From Paraphysomonas bandaiensis (taxonomy: Eukaryota > Protista > Chrysophyceae): a stretch of DNA of 64,000 bases. Positions 51,601 through 61,614 of this stretch are shown here, in pieces (the stretch's first letter is position 1; the number at the start of each line of letters is the position of its first letter). The notes under the pieces are model-generated. The model worked only from the letters and a program-made list of their open reading frames with translations, was not told the origin of the DNA and did not search any database. A program made the position numbers and the translations under genes. The stretch is from assembly GCA_965644295.1 (NCBI GenBank), contig CBFFRP010000363.1:620001-684000 (forward strand). Reading direction: 5' to 3'.

Positions 51601-54381
51601 TCTGAAGATCTCATTTATCTCCTTAAAATATCTCTTATCCGCTGGTGGAACACATTCGTTGAAAAATACATGTCCTGATATAACAAAGTCTCTTAATGCG
51701 GGAACAAAGACTATATATCCAGGACCATCCTCTCGATAGCCCATAAAATACCCTGGCCAGCTATGTCTGTCCCAGTTGTTCTTTCGGAGACTGGAATCGA
51801 TATTCACAAAGCATTTACATCCCCATATTCTGGCATAACTCAAGTCTGGTATTTCGTTTTCGATGAATTGGAGTGGGGACATGAATCCTTTAGCAGTTTT
51901 GCAAGGTAGTCTGTTCTTCATGTGTGTGGATGTCTTCATGGCTTGTTCCCAGAAATTCGTTGGAAGACCTGAATCCATCAAGCTACTAAGTGCTCGTTCT
52001 TTGATGGTTCTCCATGGTCGCTCTTGAAATGGGTTGTCCTCGGGAGTATAGGGAGCGTTAAAAGTCCATGTTGCTCCAATGTATTGGAGATATTCCAATA
52101 CTTTTCGTGAGACTAGTTCCTTCCCTCCATCGGCATGGTAATGTTGTAGTTGTTTACCCCTACTGCGTAGATACGTGACGACTTTCTGGATGGATTGGAT
52201 AACGAAATTTTCATCTCTTGTTGTTCCGTAGAAATCCCACTGGTACCTTGATGCTACATCGGCGATCCCAAGTACATATCGATTTCCGGTAATAATTGCA
52301 TCGGGTGTATGTGGTCCTGAGAAATCGGCTACTATGAGCTCCCCCAGCTCCTTTGCCCTTCTCATTCTTTTCAACAACATTTGGCGGGTGGCATTCCTGT
52401 GCTTTCGTCTATGTGATTTCCCAGTCGCACATCCATCGCATAAACCGCCAGGTAGGGAGGCAACACTCATCTCCTCTTTTGTCATCTTGACACCAGTTAT
52501 TAGACGTGATTTTATTGCCTTCTGTATGAGTCCAAGTGATGCATGTGCTAGTCTCTTATGTGCTAACAGTGCGGGTTGACCTGAGGCAGTTGATGCGAGG
52601 TGAGATTCATCAGTGGGAATACCGAGGTCTGATAGTGGAATTTCGTATAGGCCTCCAACGCGCTGGCCTTTCGATAGCAATATGCCGTCTTTAAATATTT
52701 CCACTGACTGGTTTCTGAATATGATTTCATGTCCGAGATCATCCAGTTGGCTAATAGAAATGAGGGTCCTAGACGCTTGGTCCACGTGTTTGCACTTGGG
52801 AATGATTCCAAGTCTTCCATGACCTGAGGATATCATTGTAGACCCTGATTTGGCTGTTTGAATCTCGGTGAGGCAATCAGTGTAGTCCGTAAGGTAGCTT
52901 GCTTCTGATGTAATTGATACTGTGCACCCCGAGTCAAGAGATCCCATTCCTGCCTTTTGGTCACTAACGAAGTGTGATTCATCGCTCGGTGTGTAAGCAA
53001 CTCCTCCGTAGTCTCGTCCTTTTTGATAGTCTGACGATGGACCGCTGTCTTCATAATTTGCAAGTTGATCAGAGTGGTCGTGGAAATATTCGTTACTCTG
53101 AGTCTGGAATTTCACTCTCTTGAATTTCGGTTTTCCTCTTGTTGATGACTTGTTGTCGGAGGAGCTTTTCATCTCTTGAATCTTCTCCCAGGAGTGCTTG
53201 CATTCCGATGCAATGTGCCCCTTTCCTCCGCATCTGAAGCACTTAATGTCTTTATCGGTTCTCTTATCATGTTTCTGTTTATTGGAGCGATATTTGGAAG
53301 ATGTCCCCCTTTTTCGCTTAAAATTGACTTTGCTGCGGGAAAATGGGGTTTTTGATGCTGCGAGGTGACTACTGTCAGTTTTTGTGTCTTCATTGTTGGA
53401 TGATAGGAGCGTTCCAACAGACGAGCTTCCTAACCCGCGAAGTCTGCGAATCAATACTTTATAATCATCAATTGGATGTAGCTGCAGATTAATTGCCAAT
53501 TCTCGGTAAACCATGTTATCTTCTGAAACAATTCCCTGTCGTATTCGGGATATTAAGTCTTGGTCGTTGATCCGATGACCATAATTGATAAGCTTGTTTT
53601 TGAGTTTTTCGATAGCGTCAAGAAAATTGATTATTGACTGACCTTTTTTGATTTTTAGGCTCTGAAATTGACCAATCAGGTCGGTGATTACATCATTTGT
53701 CGTTTTTTCCTTGAAGTGGGCTAGCAGATCGGTCCAGGCGGTTTTTCCGTCTCCATCGGGGACGTTTTCCAAAATCCCTTCGGCCTCTTCATCCTGACCA
53801 ATGACAGCGCTCGAAATGACAGACCATAGGTAGTTATTACCTTCATCATAATATCGTTTCGTTTCGTGATACTGGTCGAGTCGATATTGGTAATCTTCGT
53901 CATCTGAAATCTCTCCTTCTTCAGGTTCAGTTGGATGATCGTTTTGTAGGGTATAAACGATCTTGGGCTTTCTGTAAAACCATGCACGGCACTTCTTCTG
54001 CCACTTGGAGAAGTTCTTCGCGTCGAACTTTGGCATTGAGTCTTTCTGTTTTTCGGTTGTTGAATCCGAGTCGGTTGAGTCGTAACTTGTAACTTTAACT
54101 GACATCTCGCTACCAAATGAAGAATTGATCTTTATAATAGTAAAACGATGTTGTGATTATTAGAGTGTAAGTAAAGAACACGATAGAGTGAAAAATTATG
54201 AATAACAATATAGAACGTACTATCATGCACAACGGAATAGTTAGAAGTGTAACTGATAATGACGACGTTATGATGACGATCACGTATCTTCGACAGATAC
54301 TCTCTCTAATTCAGTTCATGGTATATTTCATTGAACATTATAACTCACAGATATAATCATGTATTAAGCTGAATCCTAATA
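48623..54381 (-). mobile_element. full-length Ty1/copia LTR retrotransposon
   Basis: Identical 266-bp LTRs (48623-48888 and 54116-54381); 5-bp TSD AAGCA (48618-48622 and 54382-54386); PBS TGGTAGCGAG at 54115-54106; PPT GAGGGGGCG next to the 3' LTR. Confidence 0.97.
49090..54105 (-). CDS. copia Gag-Pol polyprotein (Gag zinc knuckle, PR, IN, RT, RNase H)
   Basis: Single 1671-aa ORF: CFRCGGKGHIASEC, LDSGCT, HKRLAH..CDGC, integrase D-D-E, KARLVAQGF, YVDD, CDSDWA, STEAEY and ADLLTKPL; copia domain order. Confidence 0.97.
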   Translation of the reverse strand: MSVKVTSYDSTDSDSTTEKQKDSMPKFDAKNFSKWQKKCRAWFYRKPKIVYTLQNDHPTEPEEGEISDDEDYQYRLDQYHETKRYYDEGNNYLWSVISSAVIGQDEEAEGILENVPDGDGKTAWTDLLAHFKEKTTNDVITDLIGQFQSLKIKKGQSIINFLDAIEKLKNKLINYGHRINDQDLISRIRQGIVSEDNMVYRELAINLQLHPIDDYKVLIRRLRGLGSSSVGTLLSSNNEDTKTDSSHLAASKTPFSRSKVNFKRKRGTSSKYRSNKQKHDKRTDKDIKCFRCGGKGHIASECKHSWEKIQEMKSSSDNKSSTRGKPKFKRVKFQTQSNEYFHDHSDQLANYEDSGPSSDYQKGRDYGGVAYTPSDESHFVSDQKAGMGSLDSGCTVSITSEASYLTDYTDCLTEIQTAKSGSTMISSGHGRLGIIPKCKHVDQASRTLISISQLDDLGHEIIFRNQSVEIFKDGILLSKGQRVGGLYEIPLSDLGIPTDESHLASTASGQPALLAHKRLAHASLGLIQKAIKSRLITGVKMTKEEMSVASLPGGLCDGCATGKSHRRKHRNATRQMLLKRMRRAKELGELIVADFSGPHTPDAIITGNRYVLGIADVASRYQWDFYGTTRDENFVIQSIQKVVTYLRSRGKQLQHYHADGGKELVSRKVLEYLQYIGATWTFNAPYTPEDNPFQERPWRTIKERALSSLMDSGLPTNFWEQAMKTSTHMKNRLPCKTAKGFMSPLQFIENEIPDLSYARIWGCKCFVNIDSSLRKNNWDRHSWPGYFMGYREDGPGYIVFVPALRDFVISGHVFFNECVPPADKRYFKEINEIFRENETSRTVESFKYLIGLAHVDPDDGLTYVTTQIKLRKGLIAAYRGLVDDNGDKTRLIQLEDPIHAADVEKYTEDYIELKAVGLKCNTSRSKNPIHKSSKSDRDPDTVNGSPAPDATSRGSGVNLRHHDAAQERISSHRCEPTHSDAKIAKTRPPKKFNGNQVPNPAPHGQVDRVRQRVAKRCNKPADSSGDWENQDTPEGPSKVRATAKQQFLAGKKSVLRSKRMARKRVIVNIHKLGDGVYTCDVNAKHVVNHMAHDTQCISKLHTNNIDIVMHAISNCDDIDELTDTPKSVQDAISGKYKQQWIDAINREISTLQRKGCWRYTALPPGARAIKGKLIFKIKRKQNDIKFKARLVAQGFTQIQGIDYNDTYSPVAKATSLRTIIALSTIMKLKLHQIDFTTAYINADLEEDIYMHPPPGMDVPDGKVLKLMKSIYGLKQAGLNWYKCCTNFMLDMGFTRLISDPCIFKKQINGRIMLIAMYVDDIIIASTSDTDIQQFKDHLSKKFEITDLGLLDYYLGISIHQDFDKNITTLSQEQYVRKLLDKFNMSNSKPMSTPMLLSFNYDLHEYNHLSESNQSYVQNFPYKELVGSLMYLAVCTRPDIAYAVNTLARFSDMPNLTTCNAALHVLRYLKGTAKQGLIYSGSHITLSGYCDSDWARCHLTRRSTTAFTFFIGNCLISWQSRLQTTVALSSTEAEYMALSSAAQEALWLRSLLSEIGFKLPFSTTIWCDNKGAVQLCYNPTHHRRTKHIAIRYHFIRENIAENQLTVDHIPTTSMLADLLTKPLGTTNFLQLRTTLMGGAGFDIPSSSNRKRSTTSETPKSQLTNHKRPRWLV

Positions 54382-54512
54382 AAGCAGCACATTGTTAAAA
54401 CACTGTTAACGCAGCACACTGTTAAAGCAGCATACTGTTAAAGCAGCACACTGTTAAAGCAGCACACTGTTAAAACACTGTTAAAGCAGCATACTGTTAA
54501 AACACTGTTAAC
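54382..54512. repeat. right part of the GCAGCACACTGTTAAA minisatellite
   Basis: Same units as 47678-48622. Confidence 0.95.
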
Positions 54513-55559
54513 AGTTAATATAATTAAACAGAAACAAAACAAAAATTAAATGTTTCTAAACAAAGAAATATATAACTCTGATTATTTGGTTCACTCATGA
54601 ATCAAATAATTATATTACCTGTGGTGTGATGTCCTACTTTCTACCTATTATTATAGAGATATATTCTTCAACCTAGTCAATTTGGTTGAATTTCCTAGTC
54701 ATACTATTTTCGGTGTAAAAACCTAGTCAAAGCAATAAAATTATTGTATTAAACCTAGTCGTGGATTGTACTCGCATATAGCTACGCGTTACAGACCTAT
54801 AGCTTGACATTACAGGCATATAGCTACGCATAATATAGGAATACCTCGCTGAGGAGTGGAATGGGGGTACATTCAACGTTGGGGATATATTATTCAACCT
54901 AGTCAATTTGGTGGAATTTCCTAGTCATTCCATTTTCGGTGTAAAAACCTAGTCAAAGCCATAAATGACTCAACCTAGCCAAATATAGTATTAAACCTAG
55001 TCGTTCTTATATCCATTGATTACACATTGCGACTGTCTAAGATACGTGCACACACCACACAACATATTGATGGCTCGTAGAGCATCACAACAAACATAGC
55101 AATTAATTCATATCTACATAACAGTGTATGTGTATGTATATGCAGCATATCTGTATAGCTTATTAGTGTACGATGGTCTCTTATCAGTGTTATGAGGAGG
55201 AGGAGTGGTCAGTGTAGCTGTGCTGTGGACATACCCCCATGAATATACGTAGACAGACACCTGGAGATCTTCATACGCTATGAGTGAGATCGCTTCCCTT
55301 CCTTCAGCGACTTGCTTGTTGAATGAGCGACTGCTTTGACTTCCAGGAGGGCATGAATACCCCATGTTTCTAGACCGATTAAGAAAAAAGAGGGGTTTTC
55401 ATGTCAAAGTCTGTGTATTCGTAAAAACATCACTGAAATGGACGCCTTTCCAGTAGCAGATCAAACGATGAGGAGTCCGTCGTACAGTGGAGCCCTTTAA
55501 TCTCTCTGCCACGGGATGGATCTCTGGCAGTCTCCCTCAATAGTCTCTTGATGATCCCA

Positions 55560-56635
55560 TTATGATATGTACACTGTAGTGATACTGTGACCTCTACACT
55601 GCAGTGGTTGTGACCTCTACACTGCAGTGGTTATGATATGTACGCTGCAGTGGTTATGACCGCTACACTGCCGTGGTTGTGCCCTCTACACTACAGTGGT
55701 TGTGCCCTCTACACTGCAGTGGTTACGATATGTACACTGTAGTGATTGTGCCCTCTACACTGCAGTGGTTGTGGCCTCTACACTGCAGTGGTTATGATAT
55801 GTACACTGCAGTGGTTATGATATGTACGCTGTAGTGATACTGTGACCTCTACACTGCAGTGATTATGACCGCTACACTGCAGTGGTTGTGCCCTCTACAC
55901 TACAGTGGTTGTGCCCTCTACACTACAGTGATTATGACCGCTACACTGCAGTGGTTGTGCCCTCTACACTACAGTGGTTGTGCCCTCTACACTGCAGTGG
56001 TTATGACCTCTACACTACAGTGGTTGTGGCCTCTACACTGCAGTGGTTATGATATGTACGCTGTAGTGGTTGTGACCTCTACACTGCAGTGATTATGACC
56101 GCTACACTGCAGTGGTTGTGCCCTCTACACTACAGTGGTTGTGCCCTCTACACTGCAGTGGTTATGACCTCTACACTGCAGTGGTTATGATATGTACACT
56201 ACAGTGGTTGTGCCCTCTACACTGCAGTGGTTATGATATGTACACTGCAGAGGTTACGATATGTACACTGTAGTGATTGTGCCCTCTACACTGCAGTGGT
56301 TGTGGCCTCTACACTGCAGTGGTTATGATATGTACACTGCAGTGGTTATGATATGTACGCTGTAGTGGTTGTGACCTCTACACTGCAGTGATTATGACCG
56401 CTACACTGCAGTGATTATGACCGCTACACTGCAGTGGTTGTGCCCTCTACACTACAGTGGTTGTGCCCTCTACACTGCAGTGGTTATGACCTCTACACTG
56501 CAGTGGTTATGATATGTACACTACAGTGGTTGTGCCCTCTACACTGCAGTGATTATGACCGCTACACTGCAGTGGTTGTGCCCTCTACACTACAGTGGTT
56601 GTGACCTGTACACTACGGTGGTCGTGACCTGTACA
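55560..56635. repeat. 23-bp minisatellite, about 46-47 units, core palindrome CACTGCAGTG
   Basis: Unit GACCTCTACACTGCAGTGGTTGT with variants ATGATATGTAC.., ATGACCGCTAC.. and GTGCCCTCTAC.. Confidence 0.96.
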
Positions 56636-57861
56636 CCGCTGTTGGCCTTACTGACTAACCGTACATCCCTTGCGAGGTATGTGCGAGACATATGTTGCCC
56701 AGTATATATGTTTACAACCTTGTGAGTGCTAATCATAGTGTTATAGGTACCTCAGTACTACAACTGTCCTCGGTTGTGGGACAATAGCCGCTGTTGGCCT
56801 TACTGACTATCCGTACATCACTTGCGAGGTATGTGCGAGACATATATTGTCTGGTATATATGTTTACAATCTTGTGAGTGCTTATCATAGTGTTATAGGT
56901 ACCTCAGTACTACAACTGTCCTCGGTTGTGGGACAATAGCCGCTGTTGGCCTTACTGACTATCCGTACATCACTTGCGAGGTATGTGCGAGACATATATT
57001 GTCTAGTATATATATTTACAATCTTGTGAGTGCTTATCATAGTGTTATAGGTACCTCAGTACTACAACTGTCCTCGATTGTGGGACAATAGCCGCTGTTG
57101 GCCTTACTGACTATCCGTACATCACTTGTGAGGTATGTGCGAGACATATATTGTCTAGTATATATATTTACAATCTTGTGAGTGCTAATCATAGTGTTAT
57201 AGGTACCTCAGTACTACAACTGTCCTCGGTTGTGGGACAATAGCCGCTGTTGGCCTTACTGACTATCCGTACATCACTTGCGAGGTATGTGCGAGACATA
57301 TATTGTCTAGTATATATATTTACAATCTTGTGAGTGCTTATCATAGTGTTATAGGTACCTCAGTACTACAACTGTCCTCGATTGTGGGACAATAGCCGCT
57401 GTTGGCCTTACTGACTACCCGTACATCACTTGTGAGGTATGTGCGAGACATATATTGTCTAGTATATATATTTACAATCTTGTGAGTGCTAATCATAGTG
57501 TTATAGGTACCTCAGTACTACAACTGTCCTCGGTTGTGGGACAATAGCCGCTGTTGGCCTTACTGACTATCCGTACATCACTTGCGTGGTATGTGCGAGA
57601 CATATATTGTCTAGTATATATATTTACAATCTTGTGAGTGCTAATCATAGTGTTATAGGTACCTCAGTACTACAACTGTCCTCGGTTGTGGGACAATAGC
57701 CGCTGTTGGCCTTACTGACTATCCGTACATCACTTGTGAGATATGTGCGAGACATATATTGTCTAGTATATATATTTACAATCTTGTGAGTGCTAATCAT
57801 TGTGTTATGTACTATCATAGGCACCTCAGTACTACTAATGTCCTCGATTGTGGAGCAATAG
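56636..57861 (+). repeat. 152-bp tandem repeat, 8 copies, derived from the MULE SWIM exon plus intron
   Basis: CCGCTGTTGG recurs at 56636, 56788, 56940, 57092, 57244, 57396, 57548 and 57700; the unit translates YNCPRLWDNSRCWPY*LSVHHLR versus SWIM CSCPQFWDNGRYCSHSLAVHHLR. Confidence 0.96.
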
Positions 57862-60800
57862 CCCCCTACTATATTTTTTCTCTGTGCAACTGCGTTTCAC
57901 TGTTGCCTATATGTGCACATCACTTGGGAGGTGTGTACGAGATATATATTGTCCTGTACATATCTTAATGTTATCGTCAGGGAACTTTATTGTCAAGCTC
58001 CATTATGCCTGAAAGGATTTGCGGCAGTCCTTGCAATAATTCGAGTGCCTGGAGATATGTATATGCTTGGATTGGTGCTGGTATACAAGAGCGAGAAAGG
58101 GTTTCGATGGCAGCGTCGGTTCTGTGATGCCCCTGATGAGATATTTGTCCATCCTAAGATACGATGCTAAAATATATGATGCACATTGCATATTGCATGC
58201 ATGCAATATTTGTAGAGTATGCTCCCACGTTTGACTAGGTGAATACCCTATTCCACCTAGTCAACCTAGTCATTGTAAAGTTAAAAATCTAATTATTTAA
58301 TGACTAGGTTTTTCAACCTTTTGACTAGGTTTTTACTCCAATTTTGGTGTGACTAGGAAATTCCACCAAATTGACTAGGTCGAAAAATAGATCCCTTCAA
58401 CGTTGAGGCACCGGGCATACCTGGCCCCGCCCCGCAGAACAATACCTCGGAGTCATTATTTCGATCTATTAAGCTACAGATACAGGAGAGAGCGGTTATG
58501 CCACATTTTCTAGAGGTATCTATCCCTGCTATGTTGAGACATCTGCAAGAGCAGTACCGGGTCACAAGGGTCAATTTCTTATGTAATGATCAGCTTGTTG
58601 CTTTACTGCAACATGATCATGTGCATCGAGAGTGTCTCCTCGGCGCATGCTCTATTATCGATCCAGGTCCTCAAAACTGCAAACAGATGGGCCTATTAGT
58701 GAAGGGTAAAAAGGAAGTTCAGTGGTTAGCAACTCTTATTTATGAAATAGTATGCGTCATTAATACAAGTTTTAATAGGTATGTTAACTCAAAGAAAAAC
58801 CTGTTCATTGAACACACATGTGAGAATCGAATGAACAAGTCATTCATAGATATGTTCCATTGCGTCAAAGGAAGAGATACGTATCAAGTGGAGGAATGTA
58901 GGGAGAGGTAAAATAAATATTGTACTTCTTTTACTAGGTATTAATCACTCTCTCTATATTATAGATACCTCAGTATGTTTGTTGTTCGGGAAGTTCCTTA
59001 GAAAATGAATCGTAGGACCTATACCTCTCTCATTTGCAGCTGTCCGCGGTTTTGGGACAATGGTCGTTACTACTCCCACTCCCTATCCATACATCACTAA
59101 CGAGGTATGTGTGTGTCATTTTTATAGCCCCTTAAACATCTTAATTTCTCCGTAGGGGACATTGATGTAAATCACATGGCGAGCACTATCAGGCCTGCAA
59201 GGAAACGCCGCCGGCCTCGCAATAATGCAGCTAGGGCTCTAATCAACGATGAATCCGTAGATGTCATGGCACCTAGGCCAGGGGACTGGAAGAACACGTA
59301 CGTACGACACGCGCAGTACCTGAATGGTATGTGCGTGGATTACCGCGTGGTACCAAACCACAGAAATGAAAAAATTCTTCGCTGGCAGTGTCGGTTTTCT
59401 GATGCTCCTGATCACATCCTGGCTCAACCGAAGATTGTGGGGTTCGATGCCCATGAAATAAATGAAGATTGCTGTGGAGCTCTACACCGTACTTGGTCAT
59501 CAGAAACAGCCCAATTTTCATTCGACTGTGACGACGAAGTGTGAGGTATATAGCTTTTGAATTTTTGAATTTATGGCCACAGTATGCTCCCCTGTTTGAC
59601 TAGGTGAATACCCACTTCCACCTACTCAACCTAGTCATTGTAATGATAAAAATCTAATTATTTAATGACTAGGTTTTTCTACCTTTTGACTAGAGGTTTT
59701 TACACCAATATTGATGTGACTAGGAAATTCCACTAAATTGACTAGGTCGAAAAATAGATCCCATTATTATATGAATTGTGTTGTTCCGAGGAATTAGTTT
59801 CAGACCTGCTCCACTTTTCCCACCTGGGATACGGAATGCACTTTCTTACACTCCATTCCATCATATGGAGCACAGTTATCAGCAGTTACCCGATATGAAC
59901 TTACTACAGATGCATATATGACATGATAGAGAAATACATTGTGCTGTGTATTTATGCATGAAATCGGAATAAATATTATGCATACAGGATTTTGGCCAAG
60001 AAATGACCGCAATGACTGTTCAGAAACAAAATTTTTAATGCGATGAATATCCGACCGTCATTCACGAGACATGCGTGGTAACACTACAGGTGTTTTTGTT
60101 TCCTTTATCTATTAGTGTATGACTATTTCGCATTGTTTACACCGCTTTCGTTGTTTTGTTAATTTCATCACACTTCTTGCGCGTGCTTACGTTCTTTTTT
60201 ATGTTTCCACTGTGTCATACACGGCAGTTGATGCCATGATGGGTGTATCTTGAAACTGCTCTGATTATAAAGCTTCCCCAATATATGTTTACTAGAATAA
60301 TCTTGCATGTTTTGGTACGATTCAGTAAAAATATTATCAATTATTATTAGAAAACTGGCGTTACTGAAAAAAATAAAGTTTTAAGTCAAATTTGATTACT
60401 CATTTGTTCACCTCAACAAGCTACACCAAAATTATTGAGTCGATACACCCTATTTTGTTATTATACATGACACACGTTTATATGAAAGTGGTAGGAATGA
60501 CCCAATATTGTTCGAGCTACCAATTACTACAAAACGTTTATGAGTGCAGGGTGCAGATTGTGCTTAACCCCGAAGGTCTCAATCTTTGGGAGAAAAATAC
60601 CAAAAGTTCAAAGAAAGGTCAATTTGCTGTGGCTAATTATTCAGTATTGTCTAATTATTTATGTTAAAATTTTGTTCAAAATAGCCATTCTATCACCTGT
60701 ATCAGCGGTTTGTCTACATCAGTCTACACGTCTACACCACTACAACATTGGCTCTTGGATAACTTATTCTTTGTCTATGCAGAAAACATTGTTGCTGGTT

Positions 60801-61614
60801 TGAGCTCATGTTAACTAGATAAAGTCTTGTGAACTAGATAAATTATGAATACAGAGGCTTTCTACATATTGTTTTAGCTAATTCAGAGGCGGCCTTGCTG
60901 GTTGCATCGGTTTTTGCTTTGCTTTAGATAAACCACATGTGTCAGACTGGATTTCTATGGCTTACATGCTCAACTCATTTATTATCCTGTGTGAAAGTTT
61001 CCATATCTTTCTGATATTATGCCAAATTAATACAAAAGAGTTATGTTAGTTGTAGAGTACGGTTACGAGAAAAGACAAATAGTTATATATACTACATCAC
61101 GCATTTCAATACTGCTTACATGATTTATAAAAACGTGCGTATAGTGTATATGGTTTATAATGACCTTTTACACCTCTTCATGGGTGGTTGTCTGCATGAA
61201 AACCCTAAACATCGAAATCTAGTCATCGATATCAAGATTACAACGGAATGGACGGCGCTAGAGAATTGCTATTCTCTTGAGCTATTTCGACTTATGACAC
61301 CATGTACAGCTATTGAGAATTGAGAACTCAGTAGTACATGAGTTGACACGCATTCGTGATACTATAGAAGTCCAAGTGCAGGATCAGAAGGATTTGTAAA
61401 GGTTGCGGTTTGAACTCAGTTGACTAGAGCGTCGGTTTCATAATCAAGTCAACAATGCGATGAATCTAGCTACTTATCTGGTGCTGATTCTCGACGCCTA
61501 TTGCTAAAAATAAGACTTTCATATAGGATTTGTAATGAACCACAGTATTTAAACCATACTCAACTATACAATTCGTAAATCATGAAAATAAACTGATAAT
61601 GAGAGGTCTAAACA

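Larger units (their letters stand above)
54882..58395 (+). mobile_element. MULE copy B nested in copy A, carrying two tandem arrays
   Basis: TIRs GGGATATATTATTCAACCTAGTC... and ...GACTAGGTCGAAAAATAGATCCC; 10-bp TSD TTCAACGTTG (54872-54881 and 58396-58405); degenerate transposase remnants (KKKRGF near 55381, RWQRRFCDAPDEIFVHPKI near 58105). Confidence 0.92.
54656..59762 (+). mobile_element. MULE copy A (outer element, degenerate)
   Basis: TIRs GAGATATATTCTTCAACCTAGTCAATTTGG... and ...GACTAGGTCGAAAAATAGATCCC; 9-bp TSD ATTATTATA (54647-54655 and 59763-59771); transposase 3' half at 54839-54881 plus 58396-59544 with stops and a mutated SWIM. Confidence 0.92.

Noticed and set aside
49830-54116. 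Small alternative-frame and antisense ORFs inside the copia element (possible env or antisense genes)
   Set aside because: All short, overlapping the polyprotein, with no TM or env features
55560-57861. CRISPR-like array (palindromic short repeats, regular long period)
   Set aside because: No unique spacers, units are contiguous tandem copies, no cas genes, eukaryotic context
59800-61460. Short ORFs, one with CRLC suggestive of a piggyBac C-terminus
   Set aside because: No DDD motif and no TTAA-flanked TIRs found
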